Shown piece by piece: positions 20,519 through 28,256 of a stretch of DNA of 64,000 nt; the stretch's first letter is position 1; each line of letters begins with the position of its first letter. A model generated the notes under the pieces. The model was not told the DNA's origin and searched no databases. It was given only the letters and a program-made list of their open reading frames with translations. The DNA is from Bacteroidetes bacterium RIFCSPLOWO2_12_FULL_35_15 (lineage in GTDB: Bacteria > Bacteroidota > Bacteroidia > 2-12-FULL-35-15), in contig MEPB01000006.1 of the NCBI GenBank assembly GCA_001769385.1, positions 24,182 to 88,181 of the forward strand, written 5' to 3'. A program made the position numbers and the translations under genes.

Positions 20519-21028
20519 CTATATATCATACACATAAGCCGGATGTGTTCCATCACCGAAGAAGCTGATGTTATAACCTGCAAGCTCCGGAATGTTTGAT
20601 TTTGTATTTAACGAATATTTGAAACGGACAGGCTCTTCAATAGAACCAATTATTTTGCGCAACTTATTGCTATCAGTATAGTCAACAATGAATTTACCAT
20701 TGCGCATTTCATTAAATATTTTTGTTTTTTCAATGGTATCTTTTGGCGAAAATGCTGAAATGTTTCTTTTGTAAACAGTACCACTATTGGTATCTTCAGT
20801 AGGCTCCGCATAACCGATGGTACCTAAAGTTGCATACACTTCGTACCATCTGCAATTTGCTTTTAATGTTATTTCGGTAGTAATAGCGCCATCAATAGCG
20901 TCATCTATACTTTCAACATCATCAGCTTTAGCAATTTTAAAGCGGATTATTCCGCCTAAATTATCATCTTCAAATAGGGTTATATCGTCCATTTTTATTG
21001 AGTTTTTGTACTGTTTTTCGGGACACAT
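20519..21028 (-). CDS. Hypothetical protein.
   Basis: 169-aa ORF. Confidence 0.4.
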   Translation of the reverse strand: MCPEKQYKNSIKMDDITLFEDDNLGGIIRFKIAKADDVESIDDAIDGAITTEITLKANCRWYEVYATLGTIGYAEPTEDTNSGTVYKRNISAFSPKDTIEKTKIFNEMRNGKFIVDYTDSNKLRKIIGSIEEPVRFKYSLNTKSNIPELAGYNISFFGDGTHPAYVYDI

Positions 21029-21042
21029 GTCCCATAAATTAA

Positions 21043-21507
21043 TTATATCAATGATACCAAAGGCTCTAAGCCTTTCTCGTGTCGGTAGTAATCTTTTTTG
21101 ATAGTTTCGTACGGCAGAACGGTCTCATCCATGTTAAATTTGTCGTATGCAAACAGGATCGCTTCTTTCTTTTTTATCTTTTTTATTTCCATCAATGTAT
21201 CGATCATAATTCGCATTTGCATTTTTAAATGACACTCCACAAAACGGTTGAACTCAACAATATTTGTTTTTGTGAGCACACAACCCTTCCTCAGAAAAAC
21301 TTCTTCCACAATTTTAACCGTGATCAGATCCGAGTAATACGCATTGCAATCAGCAATGCGTTTATCCTTTGTAGTTTTCGGATCACCCACAAGTTGGTAA
21401 AAATACTTTCCTATTGCGCTGTCTCTCCTCATCAATGCAGGAGTTCCAAAACAATTTTCAATATGTTTTCTTACGTATGGTTTTGCCGGAATAGATGCTG
21501 TAAACAT
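21043..21507 (-). CDS. Hypothetical protein.
   Basis: 154-aa ORF just downstream of the iteron-like region. Confidence 0.4.
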   Translation of the reverse strand: MFTASIPAKPYVRKHIENCFGTPALMRRDSAIGKYFYQLVGDPKTTKDKRIADCNAYYSDLITVKIVEEVFLRKGCVLTKTNIVEFNRFVECHLKMQMRIMIDTLMEIKKIKKKEAILFAYDKFNMDETVLPYETIKKDYYRHEKGLEPLVSLI

Positions 21508-21539
21508 AAATAGCGAGTTAGGTTAGTATCTGTTTTTTT

Positions 21540-21930
21540 TCTGGACTACTGGACTGAATACATTTATACATAGTAATTTACCAATAAACACTGGACTTTG
21601 CAATAGTCCAGACGATTTTTTTTGAAAAGCACTGTTAAACAGTCCAATTGACGATATTCAATTAAATATATTGATGCTCTAAGTATTCCGATCATAAAAA
21701 AAGTGGACTATTTTCGCTTAGTCCACAATAGGACTAATTAGTACTATTTTAAAAACCACTTAAAAGCACTGCCATTATTGCAGCACATAAACATTCAGTC
21801 CAAAAGTCCACTTTTTTACATCTTTTATAGGTGACTATTAAACAAAGAAATAAGGAATAAAAAAGAATATATATACTGTATGCGCTGATCTAAAAATTTA
21901 CATCAGAAAACATCACAAGTGGACTTATTG
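21540..21930. repeat. Iteron-like cluster of about 11 TGGACT/AGTCCA hexamers (many as GTGGACT/AGTCCAC) in a 610-bp non-coding gap.
   Basis: ctggactactggactg, cactggactt, atagtccagac, acagtccaatt, agtggactat, ttagtccacaatAGGACTaat, ttcagtccaaaagtccactt, agtggacttatt. Confidence 0.6.
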
Positions 21931-22016
21931 CATTGGCGGGCTTCTTTTGACACCCCTGCGCTAAAAACAACCTTTCAGGGGAGAGGGGTAAAGGGGAGAG
22001 GAAGGTAAATTAAAGG

Positions 22017-22049
22017 CATAAAAAAGGCTCAACAATGTACTGTTGAGCC
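22017..22049 (-). terminator. Rho-independent terminator for the 22120..22608 gene.
   Basis: Perfect hairpin GGCTCAACAatgtacTGTTGAGCC, with a T-run on the minus strand (A-run 22017-22025 on plus). Confidence 0.6.
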
Positions 22050-22119
22050 AAATTAATAAGATACATCCCATTGTGTGAGATACGCGCTAAGAAGTTACAT
22101 TACTGTGTTTGATTCAAGT

Positions 22120-22608
22120 TTAAATCTTGTTTCCATTTGTTAGTTTTCCAGTCCCGCCACAACTTTTGCAGGCTCCCGGGTATGGTTCTATGCTTGTTGA
22201 TCTTGTTTGTTCAAAACCTCTGTCTTTTCCATTGCCACGGCAATCCGGACATTGGAAAGGAAGCTCTTCAATGAGCTGCCCCTTATCAAAATTTAATTGC
22301 AACTCGAATATAAGATCCTTTCTTTTTAGCCTGGTACAATATTCATGGGCAATCACTAATTTATCTTCATAGCCGGGCACAACTGTAATTCCTCTGTATT
22401 GTAATCCTTTTTTAATTTCAACAGTTTCAGGTTCTCTGTAAAATTTTCGCAAGTAATCAATGTGCATTCCGATAAAATACTCAGGCGCAAATATTTTCAC
22501 TCTTTCCATGTCGCAGAAATTACGCAAAGTGATGTGCGCTGAATGGTATAGTTTGTGCAAAAGCTGTTCGGTAATGCCTTCTGTATAAATAATACTTCTT
22601 GTTTCCAT
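22120..22608 (-). CDS. Hypothetical protein with a C-terminal CxxC...CxxC zinc ribbon.
   Basis: FQCPDCRGNG...CKSCGGTG. Confidence 0.4.
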   Translation of the reverse strand: METRSIIYTEGITEQLLHKLYHSAHITLRNFCDMERVKIFAPEYFIGMHIDYLRKFYREPETVEIKKGLQYRGITVVPGYEDKLVIAHEYCTRLKRKDLIFELQLNFDKGQLIEELPFQCPDCRGNGKDRGFEQTRSTSIEPYPGACKSCGGTGKLTNGNKI

Positions 22609-22760
22609 ATTTCAAATTTATTAATTATTTACCAATTTCAATACATGTAAAATCAATTTGCTCTACTCCCGGGTGTTCTGCAAACTGCCAGATGCCTACA
22701 ATTTCATAAGTGCCTAGTTTCGAAATATAAATCAGTTTCCCTGATTCCGATATAAACAAG

Positions 22761-23078
22761 TTAGATTCCATCTTTTATTTTTTTATAGATCAACAGCATT
22801 AAATATTCGCTATTAGACCCCGATTTAAACTCAGTTAAAAACTCGCTGGCGGAAACTCCATTTGATGCATAAGTCACAATGCTTCCCAGATCAAAAATAT
22901 GGATCCTGGCCACATCAATTAATTTTGCGTAAAACTTATTATTCGTATCCGGATCACAAATGATCACATCCATTGGTAAATCTTTTTGAGGAATTAAATG
23001 TTCCGGAGCCAAATTGAGGCTGTAAATAATATCTGCCTGCAGCTTATTATTTATGTTTTGTATGTTGATTGTTTTCAT
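22761..23078 (-). CDS. Hypothetical protein.
   Basis: 105-aa ORF overlapping its neighbour by 4 nt. Confidence 0.3.
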   Translation of the reverse strand: MKTINIQNINNKLQADIIYSLNLAPEHLIPQKDLPMDVIICDPDTNNKFYAKLIDVARIHIFDLGSIVTYASNGVSASEFLTEFKSGSNSEYLMLLIYKKIKDGI

Positions 23079-23767
23079 CGCGTAATTTTTTTGAATTCAA
23101 TTACCCATACCCAGGGATTTGCAAACCATGACGCTACTCCATTTGTTTCATACCACAATGATTCAAACGAATCCCTTGCAGTATAGCATTCGCTAACTGA
23201 GTTTTTAAGGTAATTTTTATATGTATTAATAGTTTTTGTATTCCCCCATTTATTTCCATCCCAAACCTGAATATCTTTCAGGTCGTCATCCTGTGGAAAT
23301 AATAATACTCCTTCAGCTTTCGCATCTTCTTCTGTAATATCATGTAATCGTTCAACTCTGATATTAGTGATTTCAAGCCATATACGGGCATATGATTTAG
23401 GCATATGAATAGATGGCTTCCATTTAGACAGTCCGGATGGAACTTCTCTGTTTACATAGTTGGCTTTAAAAAAATGAAACCCTGATGTCAATCCTATTGC
23501 GAAAGTTTCTCGCACCCAAAGCAAATCACCAATTTTGCCGTAAGGGCATTTGATTACATCAGTTACTTCATATCTTTCCACTTCTCCAGGAACTACAAAC
23601 CTTGCAACAAAGTCTCCTTGTTTTTGCCAGTTATTGCTTTTTACAATTTCAGTTGCTTTTATATTTATTTTTTCTAATCCTCTTGTTCTCCTGGTCTTTG
23701 ATTTTGTTTCGTTATCAACAGCAATCACCATTGGTGTGCTGAATAATATTGGAATTTCTTTTTTCAT
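23075..23767 (-). CDS. Hypothetical protein (possibly ASCH-like).
   Basis: 230 aa with a weak ASCH-like N-terminus (PMVIAVDNETKSKTRRTRG). Confidence 0.3.
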   Translation of the reverse strand: MKKEIPILFSTPMVIAVDNETKSKTRRTRGLEKINIKATEIVKSNNWQKQGDFVARFVVPGEVERYEVTDVIKCPYGKIGDLLWVRETFAIGLTSGFHFFKANYVNREVPSGLSKWKPSIHMPKSYARIWLEITNIRVERLHDITEEDAKAEGVLLFPQDDDLKDIQVWDGNKWGNTKTINTYKNYLKNSVSECYTARDSFESLWYETNGVASWFANPWVWVIEFKKITR

Positions 23768-23790
23768 TGCTTTGCGTTTAAGGGTTATTA
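23768..23790 (-). promoter_or_regulatory. Conserved upstream motif (minus-strand sense ...TAATAACCCTTAAACGCAAAGC-aATG).
   Basis: One of at least 9 copies of the motif (TT)GCGTTTAAGG(G)TT found 1-12 nt upstream of minus-strand start codons. Confidence 0.45.
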
Positions 23791-23791
23791 A

Positions 23792-24121
23792 TTAGTTAAC
23801 TTTTTCAAAAATTAATCTCCAGTATTCAGTTCGTTTTACTTTCGAACATTCTATTCCTATGATATTCATTCTTTCTGTTGCGCCATCAGGATGAAGCAAT
23901 AATATTTCTTTTGCTTCACTGATTACTTTTCCGAAAAATTCTTTTATGTCAATCCAGTTTCTATTCCCATCGGAATATTCTACCTCTATCAACTTTTCAT
24001 TTTTATCGTAATCACATGGTGTAATTCCTTTTGGAATTTTCCTTGTAAATCCCGGGTGAGAAAACCTTGAATCCATCGATTCTTTTATTAAATGGTGAAT
24101 GGGTATTTTAATGAAGTCCAT
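23792..24121 (-). CDS. Hypothetical protein.
   Basis: 109-aa ORF preceded by the conserved motif. Confidence 0.35.
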   Translation of the reverse strand: MDFIKIPIHHLIKESMDSRFSHPGFTRKIPKGITPCDYDKNEKLIEVEYSDGNRNWIDIKEFFGKVISEAKEILLLHPDGATERMNIIGIECSKVKRTEYWRLIFEKVN

Positions 24122-24145
24122 TTTGTTTTGCGTTTAAGGGTTTAT
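24122..24145 (-). promoter_or_regulatory. Conserved upstream motif copy.
   Basis: Plus-strand tttgttttgcgtttaagggtttat immediately 5' of the 24121 start codon. Confidence 0.45.
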
Positions 24146-24153
24146 ATTGATTA

Positions 24154-24426
24154 TTATTTATAGTGGTATTTCTTGAATTTCTCATAAAGTACATCAGCAG
24201 CTGCTCTCACTTCATCAATTGTTTTTCCTTTTAATTTTTCCAGCTCATCATAAAGCTTATCGGCTTGTTTTCTGTTTTTAAAGACAATTGGAAATTTAAA
24301 CTCTCCGGATTTCTTTTTTCCAAATCTTAGCACTGGACAGTATAAGTCGATATACGGTTTTTTTATAGTCATCATGGGCTGCAAGTGAACAAATCTTAGT
24401 GCTTCTGTTTGATTTAAATTTTTCAT
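24154..24426 (-). CDS. Hypothetical protein.
   Basis: 90-aa ORF preceded by a motif variant (cgtttaaggttagtatc). Confidence 0.35.
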   Translation of the reverse strand: MKNLNQTEALRFVHLQPMMTIKKPYIDLYCPVLRFGKKKSGEFKFPIVFKNRKQADKLYDELEKLKGKTIDEVRAAADVLYEKFKKYHYK

Positions 24427-24621
24427 TTTTTTTCGTTTAAGGTTAGTATCTCAATTTTCTCTTTTAACTCAATTATTTTTTGAATATATTCAGCTTGCTC
24501 AGCAGCAATTTTCTTATTCAGATTATTGCCAATTGTAATTAACTCAGTTGAGTTTTTATCTGTTATTAATGCTGCTGTTAGAATAGCTGCGTGTATTTCG
24601 TTTTTTGAAGTTTTTCATGGT

Positions 24622-25047
24622 TTATAATTTAGTACGCATTTCAATTTCTATTTTGGCCAGGTTAATTATTTGTCCGATTGAACTGGATATTTCTTTTGCC
24701 TGAGGCACGTATTCTTTATCGGCTTTCACTTTTTCGATATTATCTAATAGAGTATCCCTGAGCTTCGACATTATGCTTAATGGAATAGTTTGTGATTTGA
24801 GAATTACTGCCGTGTTTTTATTTAGTTCAGTAACATCACCGGAGATCGCCACTTCAACTTCAATGTGATTCTGAAATAAAATATTTAAATCAAATAATGT
24901 TGTCATGATCCACTCTGAATCTGTGGCAATATGAATCACGTCATTATCCTGCCTGAAGGATTGAAATAATAATATCTGATCGTTTTTTTTGTTTTTAAAG
25001 TGCTTCCCCATCATGGATTGCAGCTTTTTAATTTTGTCGTTGCTCAT
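24622..25047 (-). CDS. Hypothetical protein.
   Basis: 141-aa ORF. Confidence 0.35.
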   Translation of the reverse strand: MSNDKIKKLQSMMGKHFKNKKNDQILLFQSFRQDNDVIHIATDSEWIMTTLFDLNILFQNHIEVEVAISGDVTELNKNTAVILKSQTIPLSIMSKLRDTLLDNIEKVKADKEYVPQAKEISSSIGQIINLAKIEIEMRTKL

Positions 25048-25852
25048 GTTTTTTAATTTGTCGGTTTAACATTAATTCATTTCTTTTTAGTTCAATTAAT
25101 TCGGGATATTTTAATAATTCTTTTTTCAATTCCGGTTTTTTAAATGCCAGCAATCCGGCTACGTATCTATCACTTAAGGCCATATTTGATGATGCTGCAT
25201 TTAGCATTGCGTTTTCCGCCCTGGTAATTAATGATAAATTTTCAAGTGTAACATTGGTTGTGTCTTCATCTAAAAATCTCAAAACAAATCCTTCAGGTAC
25301 CGGTCCGAAATGTTGTTCAAATAACCATGGTCCATAATGAACAAATCCGGATCCTGTTTTTATTACTTTAAATGGCCTGTTATAATCGCGATCGTACCAG
25401 GTGCGAATATCACCAACTTTCAAAACTCTTCCTTCCCAGCATTTCCAATGACTATCAGCATATCTGCGCATATCAACATTTCGTACTTTAATTTCAGATT
25501 TTTCAATTTCTGTTCGTTTCAGTTGCAGATACCTTCTTTTCTTCTCAACATGTTTTTGCCTCCATCCTTTATTTTTATTGTAGAAAACATTGAATAGTTC
25601 AGCGATTTCCGTGTCACCCAAAACTTTATAAAACTTCTTCAGGAAATAAATCTGATCATCATTCCAGTATTCCAGATCCATTCTTTTCAATCCAAGTTCA
25701 TAAAGTTTTGTCCGGGTTGTAGTAAGTCTTAAATTCAAAGCATTAGCCAACTCGCTATTTGTCATCGATTGATAATTTGCTTTTAAAAAGCAAAGCATAT
25801 CATCTGTCCAGACAGTTTCATTGTACACGTATTTCCCGTTTTTATATGGCAT
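25028..25852 (-). CDS. HNH homing-endonuclease-like protein.
   Basis: C-terminal WLFEQHFGPVPEGFVLRFLDEDTTNVTLENLSLITRAENA is HNH_3-like. Confidence 0.5.
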   Translation of the reverse strand: MPYKNGKYVYNETVWTDDMLCFLKANYQSMTNSELANALNLRLTTTRTKLYELGLKRMDLEYWNDDQIYFLKKFYKVLGDTEIAELFNVFYNKNKGWRQKHVEKKRRYLQLKRTEIEKSEIKVRNVDMRRYADSHWKCWEGRVLKVGDIRTWYDRDYNRPFKVIKTGSGFVHYGPWLFEQHFGPVPEGFVLRFLDEDTTNVTLENLSLITRAENAMLNAASSNMALSDRYVAGLLAFKKPELKKELLKYPELIELKRNELMLNRQIKKHEQRQN

Positions 25853-25853
25853 A

Positions 25854-26159
25854 CTATGTAAATATTAATCGTTTATTTTCTTTGATAATTTTTGATTCAA
25901 AAGGAAATCCATTTTCAGGGACCTGCTGGATCTGATCCATCAAGGCGCCCGAACCGGTAAATACAACATGATATGCTGCACCAATCATAATTTGTAAATG
26001 CAAACACTTTCCATTGCTTTTATCCTTTGCGTATTTTGATTCTACAATCCGGAAAGCGTGCACCATTATTTTATTATTCAGGATGTTATCCATTTCTATT
26101 TTGGTTCCGATAAAAGATTTTGAAGCAGTTTCGATACCGAATTCGCTAAACTTTTTCAT
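25854..26159 (-). CDS. Hypothetical protein.
   Basis: 101-aa ORF directly downstream of the RT. Confidence 0.35.
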   Translation of the reverse strand: MKKFSEFGIETASKSFIGTKIEMDNILNNKIMVHAFRIVESKYAKDKSNGKCLHLQIMIGAAYHVVFTGSGALMDQIQQVPENGFPFESKIIKENKRLIFT

Positions 26160-27105
26160 TTGCTATTTTCTTTTTTAGATTAATACAATTGGCGTGATTT
26201 AACCATCCATTATAGGATGCTAATGATTGCCGGTTTTTGTTTTTGGATATCATCCGGAAACAGTTTTGTTTTATTCGCTTCCTTAATCGAACATGTGTGT
26301 GGTAAAATACATAACCAACAAAATCAACTCCGCGATATTCAACCGGAAATACCTGGTAGTTTTTTTTAACTGTTAATTTTAAATGTTCCTGCATGTATTT
26401 TTTTATATCAGCAAGGATGGCGTGTAAATAGGGTTTATTATCAGAAAGGATCACAATATCATCAGCATACCGGAAATAATACTTCACTGCTTTATCTTCT
26501 TTTATCCAGTGATCGAGATAGGTGAGATAGAAATTTGCAAAATATTGACTTAAATAATTTCCAATTGGTAGTCCCGGTGCGCTATCAATAATTTCATCAA
26601 GCAAAATCAATAAATCAACATCCTTTATTTTTTTTCGAAGCATGTATTTTAAAATATCATGATTCACATTCGGATAAAACTTCGTTACGTCAAGTTTTAA
26701 GCAATATTTTGTTCCCTGCTTATCAACTAATGCTTTTTTGAATGAACGTACGGCTGCATGTATTCCTTTCCCTTTTATACAGCTATATGTATCCGCAGTA
26801 AATGTTGAAACAAAAATCTTTTCCATTACATTCATAATCGCATGATGAACAATTCGATCAGGAAAGTATGGCAAACAAAATATTTCGCGTGGCTTAGGAT
26901 CTGTAATCATAAAAGTTTTATACTCGGATGTTTTATAGGTTTTGTTTTTCAGCGATTCATGAAGCTGTAGTATTTTTTCTTCACGATTCTTATCAAATAG
27001 CTGAACACCGTATTGATGTTTTTTGCCTTTTCTGGCATTTGCATCAGCAGCATATAAATTTTCAATGCTGATGATCTTATCGTATATGTTTCCTGTTCTT
27101 TTCAT
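26146..27105 (-). CDS. Diversity-generating-retroelement-type reverse transcriptase. The likely true start is Met at 27105; the ORF track extends it to 27309 across the TR-like repeat.
   Basis: N-terminal MKRTGNIYDKIISIENLYAADANARKGK, the catalytic FRYADDIVIL, and the DGR-diagnostic LPIGNYLSQYF (I/LGxxxSQ in place of the group II QG motif). About 320 aa and no maturase or endonuclease domain. Confidence 0.75.
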   Translation of the reverse strand: MKRTGNIYDKIISIENLYAADANARKGKKHQYGVQLFDKNREEKILQLHESLKNKTYKTSEYKTFMITDPKPREIFCLPYFPDRIVHHAIMNVMEKIFVSTFTADTYSCIKGKGIHAAVRSFKKALVDKQGTKYCLKLDVTKFYPNVNHDILKYMLRKKIKDVDLLILLDEIIDSAPGLPIGNYLSQYFANFYLTYLDHWIKEDKAVKYYFRYADDIVILSDNKPYLHAILADIKKYMQEHLKLTVKKNYQVFPVEYRGVDFVGYVFYHTHVRLRKRIKQNCFRMISKNKNRQSLASYNGWLNHANCINLKKKIANEKV

Positions 27106-27215
27106 TCCTTTGCTTTCACGGTCGTTTTCGTTTTCACTACCAACGCCCAATCTTTTAAACTTTATTTTTTGCCCTGTTGGCAAGGTTTGCATTGTTATTA
27201 AATTATTCCCAGCAT

Positions 27216-27284
27216 AGGTGGGAGCCGCAATCCGTACCCGTGTGCCAACCATCGTAATTCGAGTACGAGAAGCCGAAGCCCGAC
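27216..27284 (-). repeat. Copy A of a 69-bp repeat, the DGR template-repeat (TR) candidate. It lies in a non-coding context 5' of the RT.
   Basis: aggtgggagccgcaatccgtacccgtgtgccaaccatcgtaattcgagtacgagaagccgaagcccga. Its flanks are unique and its 3' (sense) end differs from copies B and C. Confidence 0.55.
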
Positions 27285-27321
27285 ACATCAAACAGCTCAT
27301 CCAATGCACAACCCAATTTCA

Positions 27322-27696
27322 TTACATTAAATAATAATCAATGTATAGTTGTTTAAATTGCTCTACCGCATATAAGCATAAATCACTTGATTTAAAGCAA
27401 AGGCGGGAGCCGCAATACGTAAGCGTGCTCCAACCAGCGTAAGCCGAGTCCGAGACGCCGAAGCCCGATGGCTTTTCGTTAGAGGCATCTACTTCAAACC
27501 ATGGGAAGTATTTCCATTCATTTTTATTATTCCAGTTTGGTTCCCATCCTTCATTCAATGCCTGAGTGATGATGATAAGTTTATAATGGGATAACAAAGC
27601 TTTCTGATGCTTTTCAGGAAGCGCACTTACATCAGGTAATGTTTCAGAAGTGTTTAATGCTTTGCACGCATCTTCAAATGTTTTGATTTTGTTCAT
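27322..27696 (-). CDS. DGR variable target protein 2 (small; C-terminal variable region).
   Basis: Paralogue of 27704..28189 (IKTFEDAC, NEGWEPNWNN..EWKYFPWFE). Its C-terminal ...PSGFGVSDSAYAGWSTLTYCGSRLCF is encoded by repeat copy B. Confidence 0.6.
   Translation of the reverse strand: MNKIKTFEDACKALNTSETLPDVSALPEKHQKALLSHYKLIIITQALNEGWEPNWNNKNEWKYFPWFEVDASNEKPSGFGVSDSAYAGWSTLTYCGSRLCFKSSDLCLYAVEQFKQLYIDYYLM
27401..27469 (-). repeat. Repeat copy B, the variable-repeat (VR) candidate at the 3' end of target 2.
   Basis: aggcgggagccgcaatacgtaagcgtgctccaaccagcgtaagccgagtccgagacgccgaagcccga. Confidence 0.6.
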
Positions 27697-27703
27697 TTGT
27701 TTA

Positions 27704-28189
27704 TTATTTGATTGTTAAAAATTGATTGTATAAGTCGATGAATTGTGTCCCGGCATAAATGGCTAACTCTTTATTTTTAAAGCAAAGGCGGGAGCCGCAA
27801 GTCGAATGCGTGAACCAAATACCGTAATCCGAGTACGAGAAGCCGAAGCCCGACTTGTTTGCTTCAAACCAAGGGTAATATTTATATTCACTGGAGTTGT
27901 TCCAATCCGGCTTCCACCCTTCGTTCAATGATCTATTGATGATTGAAATTTTCAGAAATGCTTGCGCAGCCAATAATTCTTCATCAACTCCACTATAATT
28001 CAATAATATTGACTGGCTTTCTGTAGTTCCAACTTCATCACATGCATCTTCAAATGTTTTTATTCGATCCATAATGTTTTGTGAAAGGATCTCTTTGCCG
28101 ATTAAATTTTCAAGCAAAGATTTTCCGCTTTTGTCAGCGGATCTGTATGCTTTTAAGGCATTTGATTTTTTAATGTTGATTGTTCCCAT
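27704..28189 (-). CDS. DGR variable target protein 1 (small; C-terminal variable region).
   Basis: Its C-terminal ...KSGFGFSYSDYGIWFTHSTCGSRLCF is encoded by repeat copy C. Confidence 0.6.
   Translation of the reverse strand: MGTINIKKSNALKAYRSADKSGKSLLENLIGKEILSQNIMDRIKTFEDACDEVGTTESQSILLNYSGVDEELLAAQAFLKISIINRSLNEGWKPDWNNSSEYKYYPWFEANKSGFGFSYSDYGIWFTHSTCGSRLCFKNKELAIYAGTQFIDLYNQFLTIK
27786..27854 (-). repeat. Repeat copy C, the VR candidate at the 3' end of target 1.
   Basis: aggcgggagccgcaagtcgaatgcgtgaaccaaataccgtaatccgagtacgagaagccgaagcccga. Confidence 0.6.
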
Positions 28190-28256
28190 TTTGGTTTTTT
28201 GTTTAAGGTTTATATTTATTTAATATTCATTTTTGAAAATTTGCTTTTCATAAAAC

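Noticed and set aside
26146-27105. Retron or group II intron identity for the RT
   Set aside because: No maturase, endonuclease or intron RNA domains, and no adjacent msr/msd-like inverted repeats. The IGxxxSQ motif and the adjacent TR/VR-like repeats favour a DGR.
26146-27309. The ORF-track start of the RT at 27309, giving an N-terminal extension MHWMSCLMCRASASRTRITMVGTRVRIAAP...
   Set aside because: The extension is just the TR-like repeat read in another frame (Arg/Ala-rich, non-protein-like). The canonical DGR RT N-terminus begins at the internal Met (MKRTGNIYDK, about 27105).
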